A DNA stretch of 64,000 bases from Candidatus Cloacimonadales bacterium. GTDB lineage: Bacteria; Cloacimonadota; Cloacimonadia; Cloacimonadales; JAFGVF01. The stretch is from contig OY782781.1 in assembly GCA_963678315.1 (NCBI GenBank), positions 1,152,001 to 1,216,000 on the forward strand. The letters run 5' to 3'. The translations under genes and the position numbers were made by a program. Below are positions 10,472 to 19,479 of this stretch, piece after piece (the stretch's first letter is position 1; every line of letters begins with the position of its first letter). The notes under the pieces were generated by a model. The model was not told the origin of the DNA. It was given only the letters and a program-made list of their open reading frames with translations, and did no database searches.

Positions 10472-10487
10472 TGCAAGTTGTATTCCT
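10472..10487 (-). promoter_or_regulatory. Putative sigma54 (-24/-12) promoter of pgs operon
   Basis: AGGAAT-ACAAC-TTGCA (GG-N10-GC) about 40 nt upstream of pgsB ATG. Confidence 0.5.
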
Positions 10488-10606
10488 TAATTGTTATTAT
10501 AGCACTTATAAAGTAAAATTATCTCAAGTTTTGCCTGAATATAACTTGAATGTTTACTTACTTCTGTAGCAATTAACTTCTGACTATGCTTCAAATAAGC
10601 TTATAT

Positions 10607-11020
10607 TTACCAGAGAACCTTTCTAACTAGCACAGTAATTTTAGCATTTAGTTGTCTAGAATCAATATCTGAAACTCTATTACTAAATTTTATCCTTTCC
10701 TTGAATATATTTCTTCCTGGTTTGTAGTCGTAGTATTTAATAGTAGAGGTAATTAGATTCTTATCTTGGTCAAAGATTTCAATTCTAGTCTTTTGAGTAA
10801 TCTCCCTGTTTGATTGGTTTTCTATGCTAAAGTTAACTACCGCAGACTGCATATTTATCTCATCAAACATTATTGTTTGTTCATCTACTTTTAGAGAATT
10901 GACTGTTTTATTGCTACAATAAGAGTGGAGTAGTACTCCTATGATACATACTAAAAGAAAAAGTATCTTGTATTTAGATGAAATGTCTCTTTTTCTTCTG
11001 AAATCCGGTGCTTCAAACAT
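10607..11020 (-). CDS. Hypothetical single-pass membrane protein
   Basis: AGGAG RBS, one TM helix followed by beta-rich domain. Confidence 0.6.
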   Translation of the reverse strand: MFEAPDFRRKRDISSKYKILFLLVCIIGVLLHSYCSNKTVNSLKVDEQTIMFDEINMQSAVVNFSIENQSNREITQKTRIEIFDQDKNLITSTIKYYDYKPGRNIFKERIKFSNRVSDIDSRQLNAKITVLVRKVLW

Positions 11021-11050
11021 TTTTACTCCTAATTAAATCTTTTATATATT

Positions 11051-11079
11051 AAGATAAAAAAACATGACAAAGATGTCAA
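11051..11079 (-). promoter_or_regulatory. Sigma70-type promoter
   Basis: TTGACA-N17-TATCTT. Confidence 0.55.
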
Positions 11080-11180
11080 TATTAATCATAATTAGCCTAT
11101 AATATTTTGCTATGAAAGTAAAGAATAAATAAAATTAACTTGTCTATTAGTTTGTTTCTAATAAAATAAACACACAGACA

Positions 11181-11196
11181 AGGCACTGAAATTGCA
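11181..11196 (+). promoter_or_regulatory. Putative sigma54 promoter of C25 peptidase 1
   Basis: AGGCAC-TGAAA-TTGCA vs consensus TGGCAC-N5-TTGCW. Confidence 0.6.
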
Positions 11197-11278
11197 TATT
11201 TTAAATCTATATGTAAAAAAGAAGTATATTATTATACTAGGTTCACTTAGCTGTATTGTAGATAATAAGGGGAAATTA

Positions 11279-14200
11279 ATGAAGAAGTTATTCTTTTGTA
11301 TGTTTTGGATACTAATCTTAATAAGAGGGTTAAATTCAGAAATTGTTTCTATAGGATCTTTTGAGAATAGTGTTGATTTGTTGGAGGATACATCTGAATC
11401 AATCTCTTTAGAGATGAAGTTGGGTAGTTATAGCAGAGATAAGCTTTTAATTGCTGGTAAAGAATATTACAGTTTAGCATTGGAAGGTGAAGGACTTATC
11501 CTAGATAAGGGTGCTCCTCAGTTGCCAACATTAGCAAGAAGTTTAATTATAGATGATTATTCTTCATATACTTTAGATCTTGTAGCAAGTGAATTTATTG
11601 ATGTTAATCTTGCAATAGCTCCCTCAAAGGGTGTTTTAACAAGAGATATTGACCCAAATTCTATTCCTTTTGAATTTGGACAAGCTTACAAGAATGATAA
11701 GTTTTATCCTGACTCTATTACCAATCTATCTTCTCCATACATAATGAGGAATCTCAGAGGGCTTACAGTCAAATTTAATCCTATACAATATAATCCAGTT
11801 AGCGGAATAACAAGAATTTACACTTCTATCAAAGTAAAACTTATGAAGTCTAAATCGCAAGGAATTAATATTCTCACTAGAAAGGCTCAAAGAAATAGCT
11901 CATTTGACTTTATTCAAAGAAATCATTTCTTGAACTATAGTGAAGATAGATATGAATCTCTTAGTGAAGTCGGTTCTATGATGATAATTGCACCAGCTAA
12001 CTACTTCAATACTTTACAGCCTTTTGTTAATTGGAAAAGGGATAAAGGAATCAGGGTCAGTTTAATTGATGTTGCAACTATTGGGAATGACAGCAATCTA
12101 ATAAAGACTAGTATTCAAAATTACTACAACAACGATAACAACTTGACTTATGTCTTATTAGTTGGTGATGCAAACCAGCTAGCAAGTCCAAGTGTTAGCG
12201 GTGGGGGATCAGATCCTTCTTATTCATTAGTAGCAGGTGACGACTCTTATCCTGATATTTTGATTGGTAGGTTTTCAGCAGAGAATACTTCTCAATTAGC
12301 TACTCAAGTGGAAAGAACAATTGCCTATGAGAGAGATATAAATAGCACTGTTACTCATCTAAACAAAGCTATAGGTATTGCTTCTTCTCAAGGAGGTGTA
12401 ACTAATGGCGATATGGGCGAATCTGATATTGAACACATGAACTTAATTAGAGAAGATTTGTTAGCCTATAACTATACTAGTGTAGATCGAATTTATGACC
12501 CAAGTGCTAGTGCTTCTAATGTAGCTTCTGCCTTAGAAGAAGGTAGAGCTTTTGTTAATTATGTTGGTCATGGTTCAACTACATCATGGGGGACTACTGG
12601 CTTTTCTAACAGTCATATCAATAATCTCTCTAATGTTGAAAAGCTTCCTTTCATTGTTTCAGTAGCATGTGTAAACGGTAATTTTGTTTCTAACACTTGT
12701 TTTGCAGAAGCATGGCTTAGGGCAACTAACAATGGTGACCCAAGTGGAGCTATAGCTATTTATGCATCATCAATTAATCAAAGCTGGAATTCTCCTATGA
12801 GAGCTCAAGATGAAATAACTGATTTACTGGTTTCAGAACAGCTAACAACTATTGGAGGTCTCTTTTATAGTGGCTCTTGTCAAATGATTGATACTTATGG
12901 AACAGATGGAATTGAGATGTTTAAAACATGGAATATTTTTGGTGACCCTTCATTGCAGGTAAGGACTAATACTCCACAAGAAATTATAGTAGAACATTCA
13001 GGATCAATTAACTCAAATTCTTTAGAATATACTGTAAATACAAATACGGAAAATGCTCTTGTTAGTTTGACTTATGACCATGAAATACTTGGAACAGGCT
13101 ATACAAGTAGCACAGGGTCAATTACTTTGCAGTTAGAAGAACTACCTGTAAACATAGTTGACTTGACACTTACAGTGACTGCTTTTAACAAAAGTTCTTA
13201 TCAAGCACCAGTGACTATGCTTGCATCTGATGGGGCATTTGTTACTATAGAGTCTACTCCTTCAAGTATTCTTTTCAACCATAATGGCGATTTCTCCTTA
13301 TCAATACAAAATTCAGGTAGTCAATCGGCATCAGAACTTACCCTTTCATTAACTTCTTCTAGTCCTTATGTTATCATCAATGATGCTGTTGAAAGAGTAA
13401 TGTCATTGGAAGTTGGAGAAATTATCTCACTTTCACAAGATGCTTTTGATATAAGGATAATCAATAATCCTCCAAATGATGAGATAATAAATTTTAATTT
13501 ATATATTGCGAATAATAATAATAGTTGGGATGATTCATTTAATCTACAAACAATTGCCCCAGACTTTGAAATTGGGACAGTTGATTATTCTGAACTAGTT
13601 GGTAATAGTGATAATATGATACAATCGGGGGAATCTATTAAGTTAGAAGTTCCAGTGCTAAATCATTCAAATTTAACTTTATCTAATATCCCTGTAACAA
13701 TAAATATTAACAGTCTCAATGCTCAAGTATCAGAGAGAACTTTTATTATTGAATCATTGCCCGCTAACAGTAGCCAACAATGTGAGTATTTTCTTTCTAT
13801 AGCAGATTATGTAACAAATAATGCAGAACTAAATGTATCAATCAATGTTGATTATCGTGATTATAGTGAAAGTGATTATTGGACTGCTTATATTAACCTT
13901 AATGCTGAAGATTTCGAGAGTCTAGATTTAGCCTTCTTTAATTGGCAAACAACAGGTGGGGATTATATATTTACTTCTGATGCTTATGATGGTTCTTATT
14001 CTCTGCAATCTCCTGATATTAATAACGATGATGTAACATCAATCAGCACAGAGTATGCATCTACACAAGATGGAAATATTAGTTTCTTTTTAAAAACATC
14101 AACTGAAAGCAATTATGATTTTGTTAGATTTTACATAGATAATGTAGAATATTTAGAAACAAGTGGAAATAGTAACTGGCAAGAATACTCATACCCTGTT

Positions 14201-14533
14201 AGTGAAGGTAATCATGTTTATAAATGGGAGTATGTAAAAGATTATATAGTTAGTAGTTATAATGATTGCTTTTACTTGGATAATATTTCTTTTCCTGGAA
14301 ATAATCTTGATTCGCATATTACTCCAACAACACCAAATAATATAAGTATACAAGTTTCTGAGAATACTACAAGATTAACTTGGGAAGCTTCTGAATATGC
14401 TACATATTATCGCATTCTTGCTAGTGATAATATCAATGGTGATTATGTTATTTTACAGGAAGTGAGCGAAACAAGCTGCACTTTTTCTAATGATAGTAGA
14501 TATAAATTCTTTAAGATTATTGCATCAAATTAA
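11279..14533 (+). CDS. C25 family (gingipain-like) cysteine peptidase 1, FN3-like C-terminus
   Basis: Start reassigned to ATG 11279 (AAGGGG RBS, signal peptide); propeptide, LLVGD, GRFSAE, catalytic YVGHG and VACVNG, IFGDPS. Confidence 0.9.
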   Translation: MKKLFFCMFWILILIRGLNSEIVSIGSFENSVDLLEDTSESISLEMKLGSYSRDKLLIAGKEYYSLALEGEGLILDKGAPQLPTLARSLIIDDYSSYTLDLVASEFIDVNLAIAPSKGVLTRDIDPNSIPFEFGQAYKNDKFYPDSITNLSSPYIMRNLRGLTVKFNPIQYNPVSGITRIYTSIKVKLMKSKSQGINILTRKAQRNSSFDFIQRNHFLNYSEDRYESLSEVGSMMIIAPANYFNTLQPFVNWKRDKGIRVSLIDVATIGNDSNLIKTSIQNYYNNDNNLTYVLLVGDANQLASPSVSGGGSDPSYSLVAGDDSYPDILIGRFSAENTSQLATQVERTIAYERDINSTVTHLNKAIGIASSQGGVTNGDMGESDIEHMNLIREDLLAYNYTSVDRIYDPSASASNVASALEEGRAFVNYVGHGSTTSWGTTGFSNSHINNLSNVEKLPFIVSVACVNGNFVSNTCFAEAWLRATNNGDPSGAIAIYASSINQSWNSPMRAQDEITDLLVSEQLTTIGGLFYSGSCQMIDTYGTDGIEMFKTWNIFGDPSLQVRTNTPQEIIVEHSGSINSNSLEYTVNTNTENALVSLTYDHEILGTGYTSSTGSITLQLEELPVNIVDLTLTVTAFNKSSYQAPVTMLASDGAFVTIESTPSSILFNHNGDFSLSIQNSGSQSASELTLSLTSSSPYVIINDAVERVMSLEVGEIISLSQDAFDIRIINNPPNDEIINFNLYIANNNNSWDDSFNLQTIAPDFEIGTVDYSELVGNSDNMIQSGESIKLEVPVLNHSNLTLSNIPVTININSLNAQVSERTFIIESLPANSSQQCEYFLSIADYVTNNAELNVSINVDYRDYSESDYWTAYINLNAEDFESLDLAFFNWQTTGGDYIFTSDAYDGSYSLQSPDINNDDVTSISTEYASTQDGNISFFLKTSTESNYDFVRFYIDNVEYLETSGNSNWQEYSYPVSEGNHVYKWEYVKDYIVSSYNDCFYLDNISFPGNNLDSHITPTTPNNISIQVSENTTRLTWEASEYATYYRILASDNINGDYVILQEVSETSCTFSNDSRYKFFKIIASN

Positions 14534-14584
14534 CTAATGATTTAATATATATTTTTTATCGTTTATCAATTGACTTTAAGGTCG

Positions 14585-15268
14585 TCCTTACTTGCCACCT
14601 TGAAAAAAAGCCGATTTTTCAAGGAGACCAGTAAGGATGGAGTTAGAAGTGGGGAGTGAGGAGTTGGGACAGGACAAACTGGGAACGCTTTGCCTTTAGT
14701 CCGGCTACTGCCGGATAGCCGGCTAAACACTGGGAACGCCAGCCTCGGTGCTGGCAAAAAGGAATTAGGAGTGTAAGCATCCACCGATAGGTTGAACAGA
14801 GTTCATGCTTACGCAAAGTAAAGTGTTTTTTCGTAGCCAAGGATGGCTACAATCCCAGAGTAGAGGCGTTTAGCATAACGTCTCAAACACTTCTATTATC
14901 ACCCAGGGTTGAAACCCAGGGCTCTTTGTTGATTAACCCTTACAGGGTATCAAAGGATTTGAGATTTAAGCCATCAATCTAGCCTGTCACCGTCGTTGCT
15001 TACGAAGTGGTTTTTTGGGTTGCAAACAACAGTCTTCGCCTGTCACGGTCCCTGCTTGCGAAACATCATTCAAAATGAATGATGTAAGGTATTTCTCTTT
15101 AAACATGCAAGCATGTTTAAAGATGCGCATTCAGGGATGAATGCACCCCAGAAGATAAAGATGCGCATTCAGAAGTGACCGTAATCGGCGAAGACGATTG
15201 AATGCACCCCATAAGAAAGGGAGTGTTAGCATCCAAAAATCCTATGGCAAGCAAGATGCTTGCGCACC
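14585..15268 (+). repeat. REP-like mosaic cluster B (largest, more than 12 hairpin modules)
   Basis: GC-rich intergenic island; modules shared with clusters A, C, D, E, F; 14678-14723 is the exact reverse complement of 51019-51064. Confidence 0.9.
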
Positions 15269-15420
15269 AGATAATGATGACGTTCTGACTAACTTAAAGG
15301 TTGAGCAGGATATTAATTGAATATTGAATTGTAATTAAATATATATAATAAATAATTTTAGCTCTTGAATATTGCATTTCAGTGGTTATTTAGTTTGACA
15401 TAAAATTACTAAATCAATAT

Positions 15421-15436
15421 TGGTATCTATCTTGCA
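15421..15436 (+). promoter_or_regulatory. Putative sigma54 promoter of C25 peptidase 2
   Basis: TGGTAT-CTATC-TTGCA (GG-N10-GC) about 55 nt upstream of ATG. Confidence 0.6.
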
Positions 15437-15489
15437 TATATAAATGTAATAGAAATTAAATAAAATAATATAAACTTAGGAGGAAGCTG

Positions 15490-18400
15490 ATGAAAAGAAG
15501 CTTAGTGATGATCTTAGTACTCATGGTTGCTTTAGTATCTTTGAATTCTGAAGTAGTAAGAGTTGGTACTACAGACAATGACGTGAAATTGATTGAATCT
15601 AATAGTAACCAAACTATTTTGGAGATGGAGCTTGGTTATTTTAACAAGAACCATGTAATTATTAACGGACAAGAATTTAACACATTAGACCTTGCTAAAG
15701 AAGGTAAAACTTATGAAACTGGAGCTCCTGAAGTTCCAACAATGACAAGATCTATTATAATTGATAATTCTTCTAAACCAGAAATGAGAATTATTGAATC
15801 TGAATACACAGAAATCGAATTAGCTGTTGCACCATCAAAAGGTGTGATTACTAGAGATATCGATCCTGCAACAGTTCCTTATACTTTTGGAACAGAATAT
15901 AATAATGATGAATTTTATCCATCAAATATAGCTACTTTGGGCGATGCTTATATTATGAGATCTGTTCGTGGTGTAGCTGTAAGATTCAACCCAATTCAAT
16001 ACAATCCAGCTAGTGGCGTGTTAAGAGTTTACACTTCAATCAAAGTTGCGGTTGCAAATTCTAATGTTACTGGTGAAAATGTTTTAACCAGAGCAGCAAA
16101 GAATGTTGAATCATTCGATTTTATTTATAAAAATCATTTCTTAAACTATGATGAAAACAGATATGCTCCACTTAATGAAATTGGTTCTATCTTAGTTATT
16201 GCTCCTGCTAACTACCATGCAACAATGCAAGATTATGTAGATTGGAAAATCCAAAAAGGTATTCCAACTGAAATGGTTGATGTTGCTACAATAGGTAATA
16301 ACACAACTAATATCAAAAACTATATCCAAGACTACTATGATAATCATGATGATTTTGCTTTTGTACAAATCGCTGGTGATGCTAGCCAAGTTGCTACTTT
16401 AAGTGTTTCTGGTGGTGGTTCTGACCCTTCATACTCATTAGTTGCTGGTAATGACTCTTACCCTGATATCTTCATCGGAAGATTCTCAGCTGAAACAACA
16501 GCTCAATTAGCTACTCAAGTTGAAAGAACAATCGCTTATGAAAGAGATATTAATACAACAGCTACTTATTTGAATAAAGCTACTGGTATTGCTTCATCTC
16601 AAGGTGGTGGTTCACAAGGTGATATGGGCGAATCTGATATTACTCACATGAACTTAATCAGAGATGACTTATTAGGCTATAACTATGTATCAGTTGACCA
16701 AATATATGATCCTTCTGCTTCAGCATCTCAAGTTGCTACTGTTGTTAATCAAGGTAGAGGTTTCATGAATTATGTTGGTCATGGTTCTGATGACTCATGG
16801 GTTACTTCAGGTTTCTCATCTAGTCATGTTAATAACTTAACTAATGTAGATATGCTTCCATTTATCGTTTCTGTTGCTTGTGTGAATGGTAACTTTGTAT
16901 CACAAACTTGTTTTGGTGAAGCTTGGTTAAGAGCTACTCATAATGGCGATCCTACTGGTGCTATGGCTATTTATGCTTCTACTATCAACCAATCATGGGA
17001 TTCTCCTATGAGAGGTGAAGATGAAATCACTGACCTATTGGTATCAGAAGAATTATCTTCTATCGGTGGTTTATATTATAGTGGTTCATGTGAAATGATT
17101 GATGCTTATAATGCAGATGGTATTGAAATGTTTAAAACATGGCATATCTTTGGTGATGCATCTCTTCAAGTAAGAACTGATGTACCTACTGAAATGACTG
17201 TTTCCCATACTGGTATCTTATTTGTTGGTATGAATGAATATTCAATCAATGCTGGTGTAGCTAATGCTTTAGTTTCTGTTACATATAACAATGAAATTTT
17301 AGGTTCAGGATACACAGATGCTTCTGGTAACATTGATCTTTTACTTGAAAACCTTCCTGCAAATGTAGTAGACTTAAATCTTACAATTACAGCTTTAAAT
17401 AAAGTTACATACAATGGTATCATATCTATCACAGCAGCAGAAGGTGCTTATGTAGTTGTTGATGAATATAATCCAGAAATTATGTATAATCATGATGGTA
17501 GCTATACACTTAACATAAAGAATGTTGGTGTTGAAACATCTTCAAACTTAACTGCAACTTTAACTACAGATGATGCTAATGTAACTATCATTGACGGTTC
17601 TGAAGATATCGCTTCTGTTAATGCTGATGAAATAGTGTCTTTACCTGCTGATGCATTTAACTTTACTTTAGCTAATTATCCAGAAAATGGACAAACAATA
17701 GAATTTAATGTGAACATTTCTAATGCAAGCGATGAATGGAACTATCCTGTAAACTTAACAGTTCAAGCTCCTCAATTATCAATTGAAGAAATTACTGCTG
17801 AAGAAGTAGACGGTAATGGTAATGGTAGAATGGATGCTGGTGAAACTTTCGAAATCACTGTTCCTGTACAAAACTATGCTAATGTTCCTGCTGGTGAAAC
17901 TCAAGTTGAATTAACATTCCCACTTGGTTCTGTTGCTGTTGCTGAAAACATTATTACTGAAACTGAAATTCTTCAAAATAACTATAACTTAGTTACTTTC
18001 ACTGCTGTTCTTAGCTCACAAATTCCTGCTGGTACTCAAGTAGACTTCTCTGCTCAAGCTACATTTGAAGGCTATACAGCTACTGGTGAATATACAGACT
18101 TTGTTGGTCTATCTGTTGAAGGCTTCGAAACACAATCTCTTGATGGTTTTGGTTGGGAAACTACAGGTGGAACTTATTCATTCTCAACAGACGCTTATGA
18201 AGGAACATATTCTTTACAGTCTGCTGAAATAGCTAATTCTGCTACAACAACTCTTAGTGTTGATTACGAATCATCTATTGATGGTGAAATTTCCTTCTTT
18301 ATGAAAGTTTCTACAGAAGCAAATTATGATTATGTGAAGTTCTATATTGATAATGTACAAAAAGTTGAACTTTCTGGCGCTGTAAATTGGGCTGAATACA

Positions 18401-19179
18401 GCTACAATGTAGCTGCTGGTGAACATACTTATAAATGGGAATATAGTAAAGACTACATGGTTGCTTCAAACGATGATTGCTTCTATCTAGACCTTGTTAC
18501 TTTCCCTGCTTCAGGTGGTGGTGCGACAGGTAATCCAGAAATTGCTATTGATGTTACTGATTACGATTTCGGAATGATTCAAGTTATTCCTGAAGAAGAC
18601 ACTTCAGTTTCTTTAGATTTAGTAATTGAAAATACTGGTGATGGAATGTCTTTGGGTACTATTGAAATTCCAGCTCCTTTCTATGCAAGAAATGACAATG
18701 AAGAATTAGTTAACTCTAAATCATTTACAGTTGATGCTGGCTCAACTACAACTATCGAGCTTGTATTTGCTCCAACTACAGCTGATGTATTTAATGAAGT
18801 TGCTACAGTTACAACTGATGATGTTGATAACCCTACATTCGAACTAGCTCTTGCTGGTGAATCTATTGGAACTCCTAATGCTGGTAATGATTTAGTTCCT
18901 GCTGTTACTTCTTTAGAAGGTAACTATCCTAACCCATTCAACCCTGAAACTACTATTAAATATGGTTTAAATAAGGGTGGAAAAGTTAGAATCGATATCT
19001 ATAACCTTCTTGGTCAAAAAGTGAAAACTCTTGTTAATGAAGACCAGTCTGCTGGTTATCATTCTGTTGTATGGAACGGTAAAGATAACAACAATAGAAA
19101 TGTTGCTTCAGGCGTATATTTCTACAAAATGAAATCTGTTGGCTATAATAAAACAGCTAAAATGATTCTTATGAAATAG
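15490..19179 (+). CDS. C25 family (gingipain-like) cysteine peptidase 2 with T9SS-type-A/FlgD-Ig C-terminal domain
   Basis: AGGAGG RBS, signal peptide, YVGHG and VACVNG, Ig-like domains, NYPNPFNPETTI...KMILMK. Confidence 0.92.
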   Translation: MKRSLVMILVLMVALVSLNSEVVRVGTTDNDVKLIESNSNQTILEMELGYFNKNHVIINGQEFNTLDLAKEGKTYETGAPEVPTMTRSIIIDNSSKPEMRIIESEYTEIELAVAPSKGVITRDIDPATVPYTFGTEYNNDEFYPSNIATLGDAYIMRSVRGVAVRFNPIQYNPASGVLRVYTSIKVAVANSNVTGENVLTRAAKNVESFDFIYKNHFLNYDENRYAPLNEIGSILVIAPANYHATMQDYVDWKIQKGIPTEMVDVATIGNNTTNIKNYIQDYYDNHDDFAFVQIAGDASQVATLSVSGGGSDPSYSLVAGNDSYPDIFIGRFSAETTAQLATQVERTIAYERDINTTATYLNKATGIASSQGGGSQGDMGESDITHMNLIRDDLLGYNYVSVDQIYDPSASASQVATVVNQGRGFMNYVGHGSDDSWVTSGFSSSHVNNLTNVDMLPFIVSVACVNGNFVSQTCFGEAWLRATHNGDPTGAMAIYASTINQSWDSPMRGEDEITDLLVSEELSSIGGLYYSGSCEMIDAYNADGIEMFKTWHIFGDASLQVRTDVPTEMTVSHTGILFVGMNEYSINAGVANALVSVTYNNEILGSGYTDASGNIDLLLENLPANVVDLNLTITALNKVTYNGIISITAAEGAYVVVDEYNPEIMYNHDGSYTLNIKNVGVETSSNLTATLTTDDANVTIIDGSEDIASVNADEIVSLPADAFNFTLANYPENGQTIEFNVNISNASDEWNYPVNLTVQAPQLSIEEITAEEVDGNGNGRMDAGETFEITVPVQNYANVPAGETQVELTFPLGSVAVAENIITETEILQNNYNLVTFTAVLSSQIPAGTQVDFSAQATFEGYTATGEYTDFVGLSVEGFETQSLDGFGWETTGGTYSFSTDAYEGTYSLQSAEIANSATTTLSVDYESSIDGEISFFMKVSTEANYDYVKFYIDNVQKVELSGAVNWAEYSYNVAAGEHTYKWEYSKDYMVASNDDCFYLDLVTFPASGGGATGNPEIAIDVTDYDFGMIQVIPEEDTSVSLDLVIENTGDGMSLGTIEIPAPFYARNDNEELVNSKSFTVDAGSTTTIELVFAPTTADVFNEVATVTTDDVDNPTFELALAGESIGTPNAGNDLVPAVTSLEGNYPNPFNPETTIKYGLNKGGKVRIDIYNLLGQKVKTLVNEDQSAGYHSVVWNGKDNNNRNVASGVYFYKMKSVGYNKTAKMILMK

Positions 19180-19203
19180 TATCATTTGAACTATAGATAA
19201 ATT

Positions 19204-19240
19204 AAAGCCTACAACTCTCGAGTTGTAGGCTTTTCCTTTT
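19204..19240 (+). terminator. Intrinsic terminator
   Basis: AAAGCCTACAACTC/GAGTTGTAGGCTTT stem plus T-rich tail. Confidence 0.85.
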
Positions 19241-19253
19241 GGTAAAAGCAAAC

Positions 19254-19390
19254 TGGGATTGTAAGCTTCCCAGCTTACGAAAGTGTTTAGGATTGTAAGC
19301 TACAGTCTTCGCCTGTCACAGTCCCAGCTTACGAATCTATATAGCGTAAGCATGAACTTTGTTCAGCCTATCGGCGGATGCTTACACTCC
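19254..19390. repeat. REP-like mosaic cluster C
   Basis: Tandem empty and filled GGATTGTAAGCT...TCCCAGCTTACGA units, then inverted GGAGTGTAAGCATCC module. Confidence 0.85.
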
Positions 19391-19425
19391 ATCTCTGGCA
19401 ACGAAAAGGGTTTGAATTAATTAAT

Positions 19426-19453
19426 TTGACATATATTGGGAGATAATTATAAT
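19426..19453 (+). promoter_or_regulatory. Sigma70-type promoter
   Basis: TTGACA-N16-TATAAT. Confidence 0.65.
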
Positions 19454-19479
19454 ATGATAAACTTCTAAATGGAGGAAAT

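Noticed and set aside
11192..11278. N-terminal extension of C25-1 from the ORF track
   Set aside because: The TTG start overlaps the putative sigma54 -12 element; RBS and signal peptide support ATG 11279.
14566..14840. Two short minus-strand ORFs
   Set aside because: Chance frames across GC-rich hairpins and heptamers (TPHS/LLTP periodicity); no RBS.
14585..15268. tRNA, riboswitch or integron attC array
   Set aside because: No cloverleaf or riboswitch consensus recognised; no integrase and no ORF cassettes between the hairpins. An Rfam scan is still needed.
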